64,000 nucleotides of DNA from Octopus sinensis (GCF_006345805.1 NC_043000.1:119226001-119290000); one strand, 5' to 3'. Positions 50,668-63,707 are shown, counted from the first letter of the stretch. The notes: a model not told the origin generated them from the sequence alone. A program made the numbers and translations.

Positions 50668-51380
50668 GAATATGTTTATGATACAACGCTTTATTACAAA
50701 TGTCAGCTTGAACTCACGCACACACATACACACACATTCCAGAGTACACTCAATGTATGAGAAACAAGTCTGTATTTTATTGTTTGTTCGATATGCAATG
50801 GTATGTAAATGTGTGTTTTGCTTTGTTTTCTTCATTGCTAAACCGGATTTCTGTCTAAAAGGCCTGCGTCAGTGGAAAACACGTGACAGCTCAGTAAATT
50901 TTGCCCGTGCTAATATTTGACTTGCAGCTTTATTCTTTTATTGATTCTGCCTTTCTAGACCGACCATGCTGGAACACCACATTGACAGGATATGTAAGTG
51001 TGTGTGCGCGCACGCGTGCATGTGTGTGTGTGTGTGCACGTGTGTATGCACGTGTTTGTGTTCGTGAATACATATATTCATATACATATATATATATATA
51101 TCGGAGGTAAAGGACATGGACTGCACCACCTTTCGGTTATTTTGGGGGGGGGGGTCTTTTGTTTTTTGTTTTTTGTTGTTTTTTTCACAGAAACACCCTT
51201 TTACGACTGCGGAGATTCCGAATCTACAAAAAAAAAATCGGCATTTCAAAATTTCAGTTTTCCAAAAAAAAAAAATAATAATAATAATAATAATAAATAA
51301 ACACTCCTCCCCTCCTACTAAAATAGCAGATGTAAAAAGCATCTAAACAGAAAACTCGACATGTTAGAAACAGCAGCTAA

Positions 51381-51572
51381 GTGGAGGCGCAATGGCCCAG
51401 TGGTTAGAGCAGCAGACTCGCGGTCGTAAGAACGCGGTTTCGATTCCCAGACCGGGCATTGTGAGTGTTTATTGAGCAAAAACACCGAAGCTCCACGAGG
51501 CTCCGGCGGAGGTGGAGGGGGTGAACCCCGCTGTACTCTTTCACCACAACTTTCTCTCACTCTTTCTTCCTA
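51381..51572 (+). mobile_element. SINE family C, 3'-truncated
   Basis: Family C head and body. Confidence 0.8.
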
Positions 51573-51864
51573 CTTCTGCCACATAGCAGAGGAACCATGG
51601 TGTAACTCACTATGGTGTGGTAAAACTTTCAGACCCTAGTCTAGATTGCGAATCCTCTGTACCCCAGGATGGTTCAGCTCTCCACCCTTAAAAGCCACCG
51701 TTTACAGAATGAGGATAACAACGTAGCTTTCGCGCCCGTGCAAGCGCCAATCTATCGCATGTGGCGAGTGGATCTTCAAGTTGTCACACGCATTCTTTGT
51801 AGCTTAGAGTAGGCTCGAATTAGAGATTATCCTTTGTGGCTATTGGCGCGAGTCCTGATTGGAG

Positions 51865-52040
51865 GAGGAAGAAGAAGAAGAAGAAGAAGAAGAAGAAGAA
51901 GAAGAAGAAGAAGAAGAAGAAGAAGAAGAAGAAGAAGAAAAGAAGAAGAAGAAGAAAAGAAGAAGAGAAGAAGAAGAAGAAGAAGAAGAAGAAGAAGAAG
52001 AAGAAAAACAACAACAACAACAACAACAGCAACAACAAAA
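51865..52040. repeat. (GAA)n/(CAA)n microsatellite
   Basis: Direct reading; source of the poly-E/K/R ORFs. Confidence 0.95.
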
Positions 52041-52236
52041 AGTGTGTGTGTGTGCGTTTGTGTATGAGTGTGTACGTAAATGTCAAACGATGAAATAAGT
52101 GCTCAACACCGCATTGGGGAATATATAATTTCTTTGTGAATTAAGCCTTAATTCACAAATAAAGAATACATATATATATATGATAGATCGTTAGCCACTA
52201 CACACATTTTTTTCTTTCCTTGTTTTTTCTGTGTCC

Positions 52237-52272
52237 CTTTCTGTAGAAGAGCGATGGCTCGAAACGTAAAAG
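52237..52272 (+). ncRNA. Minimal type I hammerhead-ribozyme-like motif (A6U variant)
   Basis: CTTT-CTGTAGA-A-GAGC-gatg-GCTC-GAAA-CG-TA-AAAG. Confidence 0.5.
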
Positions 52273-52366
52273 ACTTGTTCTATTCCTGAGCGTTATATTA
52301 ATACATATGTTTGTTTTGTACACCACCTGTCTTCGTCTTTTGTTTTTTGTTTTTTTCGTAAACTCT

Positions 52367-52405
<39 letters not shown>

Positions 52406-52407
<2 letters not shown>

Positions 52408-52576
52408 CGCAGGAGTGGCTGTGTGGTAAGTAGCTTGCTAACCAACCACATGGTTCCAGATTCAGTGCCACTGCGTGGCATCTTGGGCAAGTGTCCTCTG
52501 CTATAGCCCCGGGCCGACCAATGCCTTGTGAGTGGATTTGGTAGACGGAAACTGAAAGAAGCCTGTCATATTATAT

Positions 52577-52639
<63 letters not shown>

Positions 52640-52835
52640 GTGTGTGTGTGTGTGTGTCTGTGTTTGTCCCCCTAGCATTGCTTGACAACCAATGCTGGTG
52701 TGTTTACGTCCCCGTCACTTAGCGGTTCGGCAAAAGAGACCGATAGAATAAGTACTGGGCTTACAAAGAATAAGTCCCGGGGTCGATTTGCTCGACTAAA
52801 ATGACTGAAACAAGTAAAAACAAAAACAAAACAAA
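52406..52835 (+). mobile_element. SINE family A with a small tail deletion
   Basis: Head ggcgcaggagtggctgtgtgg directly after (TA)n. Confidence 0.88.
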
Positions 52836-52869
52836 AACATATATATATAAATATACACTTTGATACTTT

Positions 52870-53740
52870 GATAGGTTTCCGCCAGTACTGGCCCAAGCCA
52901 TGTCTAACTTAATAGGACCACCTGGGGAAGTCATTAAAATCAGGATTCGGACCTGACCCGCTCAAGTAGAGAGCTATTGTTTACAGAGACATATCTGGGT
53001 GTAGGAGGTTATCCTGGATTTCTTGAAGGAATTTTTCCAAAGACTTCTTGAACTCTATGGAGTCTCTTTCAGCTTTAATCTGTTTTGGAATAATGTTAAG
53101 GACAGCGAGGCCGATTGAAGTGAAATAATTGAGCCGTATTGTTGTTATGCGATGCGAGTGTGATTTATGTTGTAGATGGATATAACGGCGCCCAAGCCTT
53201 GGCTGTATCTTAAAGGCGATGCCAACATCATTTGGTGCGGATGCTGTTGCGCTCATGCCGACGTTGGAAAGAATTAAGCCTGAGCTTTTCTAGTCGACCC
53301 CAGTAGTCAAGGCCTATCATGCCATCTTTCTTTTTCTTAATTGAAGTTTGAGGCGCTTCAACTTTCATGATACTTTGTTTTATGTGGGGAGACTACAGTG
53401 GACAACAGTATTCAAGATGGTGTCGGGCAAAATTGAAGAAGATAAGGATAATGGTGTGGATATATCTTGACTGGAAAGTTCTGAAAGTCCAGGAACACGT
53501 TTTGCGGGCCATGTCAATGTTGTTGTCCACAACCACTTCCAAGTCTTTGATGATGTTGGATGCCATGAGAGTTTCACCTGAAGGAAGGGAGTATGGGAGC
53601 TTCAGGGTATCTCCTTTTCCGAAGTGGTTTAATTCAAGTTTGTCTTCGTTCAACAGCCCATTGGATGACAGCCAGTAGGTCTGATTGAAGGCATGTCCGG
53701 TCACCCACTTCATTGATGACCTTCTGGAGCTTGGACTCGA
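52870..53740 (-). mobile_element. CR1-type LINE, 3' fragment, degenerate
   Basis: IKDLEVVVDN...FARHHLEYCCPL and PNDVGIAF...FTSIGLAVLNIIPK...FKKSLEKFL, typical of CR1/L2 RT C-termini. Confidence 0.75.
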
Positions 53741-53805
53741 AAATGATATTTGATATTTTACGATATTTTATATAATATATTCATTGAAGAAATATCTATT
53801 CAAAA

Positions 53806-54192
53806 TCTCATATAAAATCCGTTCTGTCTGTCTGTGTGTCTTCTAGGATCTCGGGCATCCTCCATCCGATTGCGCTCAAATTTGATATTTGGATACCGAC
53901 GGTATCAGGGCGTGTATAAGTCTTGAAAAAATTACGAAAATCGATTCCAGGTGAGAATGCAATCGATAAAGCCGTGTGAACGTGCATTTGTATGCACAAG
54001 TACATCAGCTGTTGCGATCGATACTACGCGTAGGCGAGAAAAATGCACGTGCAGTTTGCGCAAAAAAAAGCCGGTTGGCTTGAAATAATGCCACAAAATG
54101 GGACGGTCGGACAAGTTGTTTTGAGAAAATTTGGTTTAAATAAATGTTTGACAACTCAGCACCGTTCATTGGACGGGGGTGCGTTTTGCTGG
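53806..54192 (+). mobile_element. Possible non-autonomous Helitron
   Basis: A|TCTCATATAAAA...tctgtctgtctg ... imperfect hairpin gcaccgt..acg..ggtgc, then CTGG|T. Confidence 0.45.
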
Positions 54193-54301
54193 TATAATAT
54201 ATTAAACCAGTGTATCTTGGATAAATATATCCCTATAAGGTTTAGATCTCCTCATTGTGATTAATAATAAAAGACAAATTTATATATATATATGTGTGTG
54301 T

Positions 54302-54600
54302 GTGGAGGTGCAATGGCCCTGTGGTTAGGGCAGCGGACTCGCGGTTTCGATTCCCAGACCGGGCGTTGTGAGTGCTTATTGAGCGAAAACACCTAAAAAC
54401 TCCACGAGGCTCCGGCAGGGGGTGGTGGTGATCCCTGCTGTACTCTTTCGCCACAACTTTCTCTCACACTTTCTTCTGTTGGCCTGCTCGCTTAGCCAGC
54501 GGGGTGGCATCATTTGAAGGCTAAAACACGCGAAGCGCATTGTGACCAGCGATGTGTAGCAATATCTGATAGTCTGGTCAGTCACGGTGATCACGATGAT
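54302..54600 (+). mobile_element. SINE family C, tail type 2
   Basis: Similar to 48547-48855. Confidence 0.85.
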
Positions 54601-55434
54601 ATGTATATATATATTTATATACACACACACAACGGGCTTCTTTCAGTTTCTGACTACCAAATCCACTCACAAGGCTTTGGTCGATCCGAGGCTATAGTAG
54701 AAGACATTCCCCCCAAGGAGCCACGTAGTGGGACTGGCGTAAATAACTACTACGACTCTATCCAGAAGTTGTTTTACTTCATCACACGATCTCAGGCCTT
54801 GACAAAATAGATGTTTACCAAACAAGCAAAAATCGGGATTTTATAATACCTTAGCGTAATAGAAACATGTATATCTTCGTCCTTGCTACGAATTTCATTT
54901 TACCTGTACTGACCTGAAATTTTTATATATTTGTCAATAATTTGAGTGCAATGAAGGTCGAAGGAAGGACGTCTCTATTTGACTGTTGCCTTTCCCAACA
55001 CAATCAATGCAAATAGTGTTGACATTGCAATCGTTTTCACTTATAAACGTCATCGTAGGTACGGCCTCTTAGGAATTGTGTTTGTAGACGTACTTGTGTA
55101 ACTATACAGAACAACTATGTAACATATTGCAAGTGACTGGGAAAGGGTTGGAATAGCTAACTGCTTCAAATAATGAGCTGCTCGCTCATAGAAACATTCT
55201 ATAGATATTTCGTAGTGTTTTTATTTTTTCTTTTGTGGCGGATGGGGTTACAATGTGTTATGCGACTTCGGAAGAATACAAACAAAATCATCAGGGAAGG
55301 TAACCTATGATACAAACTGCTTAATATATCCAACACAACTGTTATTATTATTGTCGTTATCTTCTTTCAATTCTGCTTCCATTTCTTGTCGTGTGTCTTC
55401 CCAACACCTCGGGCAAAGAAATTCACTGTATATA

Positions 55435-55652
55435 TGTTTCTTTATTACCCACAAGGGGCTAAACATAGAGGGGAAAAACAAGGACAGACAAACGGATTAA
55501 GTCGATTATATCGACCCCAGTGCGTAACTGGTACTTAATTTATCGACCCCGAAAGGATGAAAGGCAAAGTCGACCTCGGCGGAATTTGAACTCAGACGAA
55601 ATACGGCTGCGCAATTAGCCTGGTGTGCTAACGTTTCTGCCAGCTCGCCGCC
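55435..55652 (-). mobile_element. SINE family B
   Basis: Reverse complement of the family B consensus. Confidence 0.85.
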
Positions 55653-55665
55653 TTAACTCACTGTA

Positions 55666-56955
55666 CGAGGGACGTTCAATAAGTAATGCCTCTGACCCAC
55701 TTGCAGTTGTTTGATCTAGCTGAAATTTTGCATGTGCAATCGTTTATATCTCTATAGAGTAAATGGCAAATTACAGCTCTGAATTAATTGTGGTTTCTGA
55801 TTTACAGGTGTTTGAACCGAGTCAAGTGTGAAATGGAGCCTGTTGAGTGTCGAGCAGTGATCCGGTTTTTGTATTTGAAAGGACGCACACCACGGGAGAC
55901 TTTTGATGAAAAGAAAGTAACTTATGGTGATGATGCCCCATCATATGACCTTGTAAAACGCTGGCATCGTGAATTCAAACATGGTTGGAACTCTGTGGAA
56001 ACAGCTCCCAGATCTGGTCGCCCCTTCTGTCATTGATGAGGCATCTGTCCGTCAAGTTGAGGCTGCCATTTTGGAAGATCGACGCATAATTATTCGCCAA
56101 ATAGCCCATGAGGTCAAGATTAGTACCGGGTCTGTGGAAACTATCATTCATGACCATTTGCATATGCAAAAGGTGTCTGCCAGATGGATTCCCAGGTTGC
56201 TCACGCCTTTCCAGAAGCAAGAACGCGTCGAGTGCTCGAGGGTGAATTTGGAGATGTGCCAAGAAGATGAGTCAAAATTTTTCAAAAGACTGATTACACA
56301 GGATGAAACCTGGGTCCATCACGATGATCCAGAGACCAAAGCCCAGTCAATGCAGTGGAAGCACCGTGACTCACCCCCTCCAAAGAAGGCAAGGGTGCAG
56401 CCCTCCGCTGGCAAGGTCATGCTCACAGTCTTCTGGGACCAGGACGGAGTAGTGATGACAGATTTCCTGGTAAAGGGTACCACAATTGCAGGAGCTTATT
56501 ATGCTTCACTTTTGAGGAAATTAAGAGAAGTTATAAAAATCAAGAGGCGGGGCAAGATCAGCAAAGGCATCCTCCTCCTGCAGGACAACGCTCCGGTCCA
56601 CAACTCGCTTGTCGCCAGATCAGAAGCACAGGCGTATGGCTATGAACTCCTCCCCCATCCCCCTACTTTCCTGACCTTGCACCCTCTGATTTTCACCTCT
56701 TCCCAGTCATGAAGTTGTTTTTGAAAGGAAAGCGTTTCCCAGATGATGCAGCCTTGATTTCTGAAGTCACATCGTGGTTGGAGGACCAAGCTGGGGTGTT
56801 CTACAAAAACGGTCTCCAGAGCTGCATCAAACGATGGGAGAAATGCGTAACTCTGGGTGGTTCCTATGTAGAAAAAGACTAATAACTGTGCTAAGTTTCA
56901 TTGCTCTACTGCTATGGGAAGTGGGTCAGGGGCAATACTTATTGAACGACCCTCG
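55666..56955 (+). mobile_element. Full-length mariner (DD34D), probably irritans subfamily
   Basis: TA|CGAGGGACGTTCAATAAGTAATGCC ... GGCAATACTTATTGAACGACCCTCG|TA; 1290 bp. Confidence 0.95.
55833..56882 (+). pseudogene. Mariner transposase with two 1-nt frameshifts
   Basis: MEPVECRAVIRFL...WIPRLLT...ITQDETW...QDNAPVH...YFPDLAPSD...YVEKD*; shifts near 56027 and 56663. Confidence 0.92.
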
Positions 56956-57109
56956 TATATATTGATAAGCCATCAAAATAAACACGTCAGATTGTTCATC
57001 TACAAAATCATGTTATAGAAAAAAGAGGAAGAAGATAAAGGAAAGAAGGAAAAAAGAAAACAATGGAAAAAAAGATGACAAGAGTGGAGAAAGGAAAAAA
57101 AGTTCGCAG

Positions 57110-57500
57110 CGATAATGCTCTTCTCAGTACGTGTGACGAACCAGTTAAGATAATCTTTTGCACTTCCTGCATGGATCGTAAACGAGGGATCATCCTCGAA
57201 TAATTTTCTGTTCCCGTTTTGATTATTCCAAGAACTCCTGCAATCACTGGTATTGTAACTGTCTTGAGATGCCACATATTTTCGATTTCAATCAGCAAAT
57301 CTTTATATGTTCTGAACTTATCAAATTCTTTTACCGAAATATTATGATCACAAGGTATGCTCATGCCAATCAATAAACAGATTTTATTGTTTTTTCTTTT
57401 ACTCTTTCACAACAATATCTGGCTTATTAGCTTTCATATATACTGGAAAGTCCCAAAGAATCGATACCTTTTCTCCATCAGTTACAGCCTCAGGATGGTG
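57110..57500 (-). mobile_element. R4/Dong-type LINE, REL endonuclease fragment
   Basis: IGMSIPCDHNISVKEFDKFRTYKDLLIEIENMWHLKTVTIPVI...HVLRRAL aligns with the C-terminus of 25513-25941. Confidence 0.8.
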
Positions 57501-59369
57501 CATGATTATTATTATTGTTGTTGTTGTTAAGGTGGTGAGTTGGCAGAACTGTTAGCATGTCGGACAAAGTGCTTAATGGTATTTCGTCCGTCTTTACGTG
57601 CTGAGCTCAAATTCCGCCGAAGTCGACTTTAAGTACCAGTTGAGTACTGGGGTCGATGTAATCGACAAACGAAAAATACACCGCCGATAGTTCTTGTTGA
57701 CAAACAACGGCAGTGATTTTATTCAGCTGAATACACGTCATTGATTGGTTGAAATTACCGAAATAGAACAACTTTAACGTGAAATAACTTCGTAAATATA
57801 AGATTTTCTCAAAAATGCTAAGAGCAAAAGATGTTTTATATGATACATTCTACCAGTGTCCGAACTTTGAAAGTGTTTAGTTACAAAAAACTTATTTTTT
57901 AAATCTGTAGGGCTAAAGGTAAAGATCCAAAATAAATAACAACAGGTGTAATGGGATTATGTCGATAGGCCAGGTTCATGGAAGTGCGATGAAACTGTTT
58001 ACTATTTCGTACTGTAGTACAATCAAAAAATAAATGAAAACAACAGATGAATGTAATAGCTTTTGTTTATTGTTAAGTGGATAAAATGACCATTAACAGT
58101 ATAATTACATCGTATAGTGTTTGTTAAGACTTGTGAAATAATATATGAGACAAATGAAAGAAGAGAAAGCAACGAGAGGAAAAAAAGTGAGAAGGACAAT
58201 TTGTGGTGAAAGGTGAGAGATCGAGTGTTACATGCGTAAACGTTTTAACTGGCTGAACAGAAAATTTAATCAAAATGTTTACTCGAGAGAAAAACCGCTT
58301 AAAACTAGACAAATGAAAACAAAATAGAGGTTACAGATCAATAGAGGTTTGTGTGGTTCGTGATTCACGTTGATTAAATGCTCTCACAATAAAAAGAAAA
58401 TGATGATGATCTACAGCAAATATTTTCTGTCGGAGATAAATAATATTGATTAGTGTGAGGACAAAAACAAACGAATTCTTTTGTTAACAGAGTATCTTGT
58501 TTCAATCCTTGGTTGACGCCAATTTAGTGTATGTGCCTCGTAAATGTTTTTATTAAATAAAAAGAAAAAAGAAAAGCATGAACTCGGCAACATCTAATGT
58601 AAAAGTAAGTCCTTCTAGACGTTACTGTTTCGGGCAGGGCCGGATTAGGACCCATGGAGGTCATAAGCTCTTGAAAGGTTTTCCTATTCCTCTGTGTGTG
58701 TGTGTGTGTGTGTTTAATCCAAAATATAAACAATAAAATTAATTTTTAGTTTTCAAAATGAAGCAAAACTATCAGTAAGATGGAAAATAATGTTTATTTT
58801 TGTATACTTCCACTTCATTTATATTTGAAAAGTTTTCTCCGTACCATGAACACTTCGAAATTATATTTCCAATCATATAAACCACTTCGAATATTGTTTT
58901 AGCAAGTTTTAGGTGATTTCTTTTGTGCCGTAAGCCATTCACCATTTCTGTGGTGCCCCCCACCCCAACCCGCACGCTTTCTTGATACCCTAACCACATG
59001 TTTATTTTGCTTAATGGTTAATCCAGCGCTGATCTTGAGTCTTAGGACTCGAAGGGCCAATTACCTAGTTTCCACGGTGTATAAGTGATCGAGATCGAAT
59101 CCACCACCCCACCCCACTCACTTCAACGGGACCCCGGTCCATCGCGAAGTTACTCGTTTACAACTGCGTAAAATGAAACAACGCGAAATGTAGTTTCGAA
59201 CCGCCTGGCTCGAAAATCGAAACCGCAAACTTGCAGCCACTAAACCGGGAGCCTTCATAACATCGAATCAACCTATTTAAATCAATTTACGTGAAAATTT
59301 CTAATGTCATTATCAAATTAAGAAATTAGTTCAAAAGTCATTATAAATTCAGCTTAGTTTGTTGAAGTA

Positions 59370-59727
59370 CAGGGTCGTCTGAAAGTCTTGTTACCACCTG
59401 TAAATATTGTTTTAATTTTCTGTTATCAAAGAGAGGGTTTCACAAGAGCGATTACAGAATACCCAACAGTTGAAGAACGATGTTTTGGCAGCCTTTGCAA
59501 CAATCCTCAAAGCAAAGCTTTGTAAAATATGACACAGAACATGGCGCCGCATGATTTTGCGCCAGAAAGTGATGGAGTTCATACAGACCGTCTCGATGTG
59601 TGACAGTGTCTGAGTCAATGAAAGTGAAAGTACTAAAACCAGTAAATCTGTTTGATATTATTATATTGTTCCTCTATTGTCCTTAGTACTTTTCGGTAGG
59701 AGACGACAAGACTTTTGGCTCACCCTA
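59370..59727 (+). mobile_element. Deleted Tc1/mariner-superfamily remnant
   Basis: TA|CAGGGTCGTCTGAAAGTCTTG ... CAAGACTTTTGGCTCACCCT as imperfect TIRs, with a transposase C-terminus-like peptide (HRTWRRMIL). Confidence 0.45.
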
Positions 59728-60220
59728 TTCATCGTATACCAAAGAAGACATGGGGTTTGTTGAAATTCAAACCATTTCTCAATATCACAAAGCGTAAAAG
59801 AATTAAATTGTATTCTGGGAGTTCTGTGTACATGGGCCTGGGAATAGGGGGTGTAGGGGCTGTGCTGGCACCCCCTAAAATCAAAATTTGCGTCCCCTAC
59901 TTACTTTTCTCAGGTTTAGAAAACATTGAGTAAAAAGTGATCTGTAAAAAGTTCCTTGAATTAGGTTTCTTCTCAAAGAACAAAGAACATAAATAAATAC
60001 ATAAATAAATAAAAACATGACCTTACTTGTAAAAATTTTGGGACCTGGGTTTGCACCCACTAAGCAAATTTCGTTCTGGAGTCAGTGTCTGTGTATATAG
60101 CTATATTCTGTAGGTGTATTTGTGTATACTTTTTACCTAATAATCTTCGACAATTAAAGAAGGAAAATGCACACACTTTACTAATTTTAATATAATTTTT
60201 AATATATCTTATATTATTTT

Positions 60221-60253
60221 TGTCGACCAGTTTCGCTTTCGCTAATCATGACA
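60221..60253 (-). ncRNA. Minimal type I hammerhead ribozyme candidate (A3-U8 variant)
   Basis: Minus strand: TGTC-ATGATTA-GC-GAAA-GC-GAAA-C-TG-G-TC-GACA. Confidence 0.55.
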
Positions 60254-60427
60254 TTAAAATTTTCTTAAGAAAAAATTGTTTGTCCCTGTTGTATGAATGA
60301 TTGAATGATTGAATGAATGATTCAACAAGTGGAAAAATCTAAGGGAAAGTAATTGGTTATCATTATTTTTGTGGACAAGGGAGATAATTGTTCATCTTTT
60401 GATTGCGGGATGAGAATATATATATAT

Positions 60428-60521
<94 letters not shown>

Positions 60522-60658
60522 GATTTTGATTTTGATTTTTCCAGTTTCAGCTCATGAGCTGTGGCCATGCTGGGGCACCGCCATTTAAAGCAATTTCCCA
60601 AAAATTAAAAAAACTGGAGTAGTGGGGAGAGATATATACAGGAATGGGTATCTAATCG

Positions 60659-60727
<69 letters not shown>

Positions 60728-60939
60728 TTCTATTCATTTATCTGTTTCATTCATTTGGCTGCGGACATGCTGAAGCACCGCCTTTAGTCGAACAAATCGA
60801 CTCCAGGACTTATTCTTTGTAACCCTAGTACTTTTTCTATCGATATCTTTTGCCGAGCTGCTAAGTTACGGGAACGTAAACACACCAACATCGGTTGTCA
60901 AGTGATAGTGGTGGGACAAACACAGACACAAATGCATAT

Positions 60940-60970
<31 letters not shown>

Positions 60971-60974
<4 letters not shown>

Positions 60975-61365
60975 GTCATCCCATAAATAATGCGGTTTTT
61001 TCAATTGCATGAACTAAAAGTCGGAGGGGCCCGAGATAACTATCTAAATCAACTTGCTAAAAAATCAGGTAGTAACTTTATCTTGTACTTTTTCTTAGTG
61101 CAAGTTTTGAAGAGTGCAGTTCGATTTTAACAATTATTTTTTCAAAGCTACAACGGACTTGACAAAGGAGCATATTCGGTATAGTTTGCTTTACGAGTTC
61201 AACAAAGGCAACAACGCAACGAAAAGGGCGAAGAATATTAATGCAATATATGGGGATTGGATAATAAGCGTAAGCCAGTGTCAAGGACGGTTCCAGAAAT
61301 TCCGAGCCGGAAGCCACAGCCTAGAAGACGAGCCTCGTCCTGGAGGATCTGTAGAGCTCGACGAG
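60971..61365 (+). mobile_element. Mariner 5' fragment
   Basis: TA|TTGGGTCATCCC left end; KEHIRYSLLYEFNKGNNAT...FQKFRAG...LEDEPRPG (mariner HTH). Confidence 0.8.
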
Positions 61366-61510
61366 AAAAAATATATATTTTATATTATGTTAAAGTATCC
61401 CATTGTTAGGTATTGAATATAATTTCTATCCTTCTTCTATATATTGATTTAAATTGTCTCGCTTAACATTACAAATTTGCTAAGTTATAATATATTACCC
61501 CCCTTAAAAA

Positions 61511-61740
61511 GCGGCAATCTGGCGGAAACGTTAGCACGCCGGGCGAAATGCGTAGCCGTATTTCGTCAGCCGTTGCGTTCCGAGTTCAAATTCCGCCGAG
61601 GTCGACTTTGCCTTTCATCCTTTCGGGGTCGATAAATTAAGTACCAGTTACGCACTGGGGTCGATGTAATCGACTTAATCCGTTTGTCCGTCCTTGTTTG
61701 TCCCCTCTGTGTTTGGCCCCTTGTGGGTAGTAAAGAAATA
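61511..61740 (+). mobile_element. SINE family B
   Basis: Family B consensus motifs. Confidence 0.85.
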
Positions 61741-62334
61741 TATATTCCCCTTTAATATGATAATCAAAATAAGTGCTGGTCATTCCTATCCTTCTTCCAC
61801 TTATCATCCCTTCCCCATCGGGCATTCCCTTATTACTATCCCACACCCTACCCTTTTGTGTAGATAAAGCTTGATATATGGTACCAATGCATTGGGAGTC
61901 TAGTAGATTGTCTGACGTTAATTGATTTATCACCATTAACTACAATACACTTGACAACCCCCAATGGATTTGATTCTAAATTATTGAAGGCTACATTCGA
62001 CATATTGTCTTCCAAGTGTAAGTAACTAGGTCACCACTCTTTTTTATCCTCACCGCCCCCTCCCCCACTATTTCCTCTGCTACTCTTTGAATTATAGTAG
62101 ACTTGACAAGGTATGCATTGCTTTCTAAAATCATTCTGCCACAGATAGGAAAACAGAGACAATGTAAACATTTTGAGTTCCGTTATTGATGTGAATATGT
62201 TAAAGCTGTGGTTTTATCCTCTATGTCTGAAGTATATGCGGTCATCTGAGGAGAACGGTTTCTTTCAAATGATGTAATGTTTTCGTTAATCATTTAAAGG
62301 AGTCGTTTGAAACGGCCGTAACGAATTACTCATT

Positions 62335-62396
<62 letters not shown>

Positions 62397-62398
<2 letters not shown>

Positions 62399-62830
62399 CG
62401 CAGGAGTGGCTGTGTGGTAAGTAGCTTGCTTACCAACCACATGGTTCCGTGTTCAGTCCCACTGCGTGGCATCTTGGCAAGTGTCTTCTGCTATAGCCCC
62501 GGGCCGACCAAAGCCTTGTGAGTGGATTTGGTAGACGGAAACTGAAAGAAGCTTGTCGTATATATGTATATATATATATGTGTATGTGTGTGTGTGTGTG
62601 TGTGTGTATGTCTGTGTGTCTATGTTTGTCCCCCTAGCATTGCTTGACAACCGGTGCTGGTGTGTTTACGTCCCCGTCACTTAGCGGTTCGGCAAAAGAG
62701 ACCGATAGAATAAGTACTGGGCTTACAAAGAATAAGTCCTGGGGTCGATTTGCTCGACTAAAAGGCGGTGCTCCAGCATGGCCGCAGTCAAATGACTGAA
62801 ATGACTGAAACAAGTAAATGAGTAAATGAG
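62397..62830 (+). mobile_element. SINE family A, full length
   Basis: Head after (TA)n, internal microsatellite, complete tail. Confidence 0.9.
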
Positions 62831-62859
62831 ATATATATATATATATGTGTGTGTGTATG

Positions 62860-62900
<41 letters not shown>

Positions 62901-62901
62901 T

Positions 62902-62983
<82 letters not shown>

Positions 62984-63244
62984 GCGAATATAAACAAGAA
63001 GGGTAGTAATATTATTTACTACCAGGTGCCCAGCACAAAAGACGAATTAGTCATAAGACAAAAATATTATTCATATAGAAAAATATTATTCATGTAGTTA
63101 TACAATTAAGGGCTCCTAAATTAAGATGCCGAGTGCTGGGAACACCTATATATATTATATAGGTTATATAGGCGCAGGCGTGGCTGTGTAGTAGGAAGCT
63201 TGCGTCCCAACCACATGGTTCCGGGTTCAGTGCCACTAAAGGTG

Positions 63245-63690
63245 AAAATATCTGCTGGTTCTGACGTGTCTTTCTGACGTCATGGCAGTTCTTCCTTCTA
63301 AAGCAACATCTATCAGAATTAAAGATTCCGAGGTACTTATAGCTTCATCGTTGGAGATAGGGGGAGATAGACAAGCCGTTGATGCACATATTCTATGCCT
63401 AGTCGACAATCTTTCCTCCCTTGATTATCATGTATAAGCATTTATTTTGTCCAAACTCCATTCCTATACTTCATGAGAATGTTGTGACTAGTTCTAAGTG
63501 TCCCTTGATGTTGGTCATATTACCAGAATATAACTTTAGTTCATCAACAAAAATGTGTGGGTAACATTAACTTTATTCTTTTCTGCATATCCCCAGCATG
63601 TAACCTTGGCATCTTGCTAACAGGGCCGCCAAGGGATTCACTGCCAGTACAAACAGCATTATAGATAAACTCTTATCCTGGAATATGCCT
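63245..63690 (-). mobile_element. R4/Dong-type LINE, RT fragment, degenerate
   Basis: Minus strand QDKSLSIMLFVLAVNPL...FVDELKLYSGN...IGMEFGQNKC...YKYLGI. Confidence 0.7.
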
Positions 63691-63707
63691 GTTAAAAGCT
63701 TTAATTC

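Noticed and set aside
50959-50999. Micro-exon with tttctag acceptor and gtaagt donor
   Set aside because: The sequence is a decayed antisense SINE A tail fragment (ccatgctggaacacc).
58635-59031. hAT-like MITE (CAGGGCCGGATTAG / TTAATCCAGCGCTG)
   Set aside because: The TIRs are short and imperfect, and there is no 8-bp TSD.
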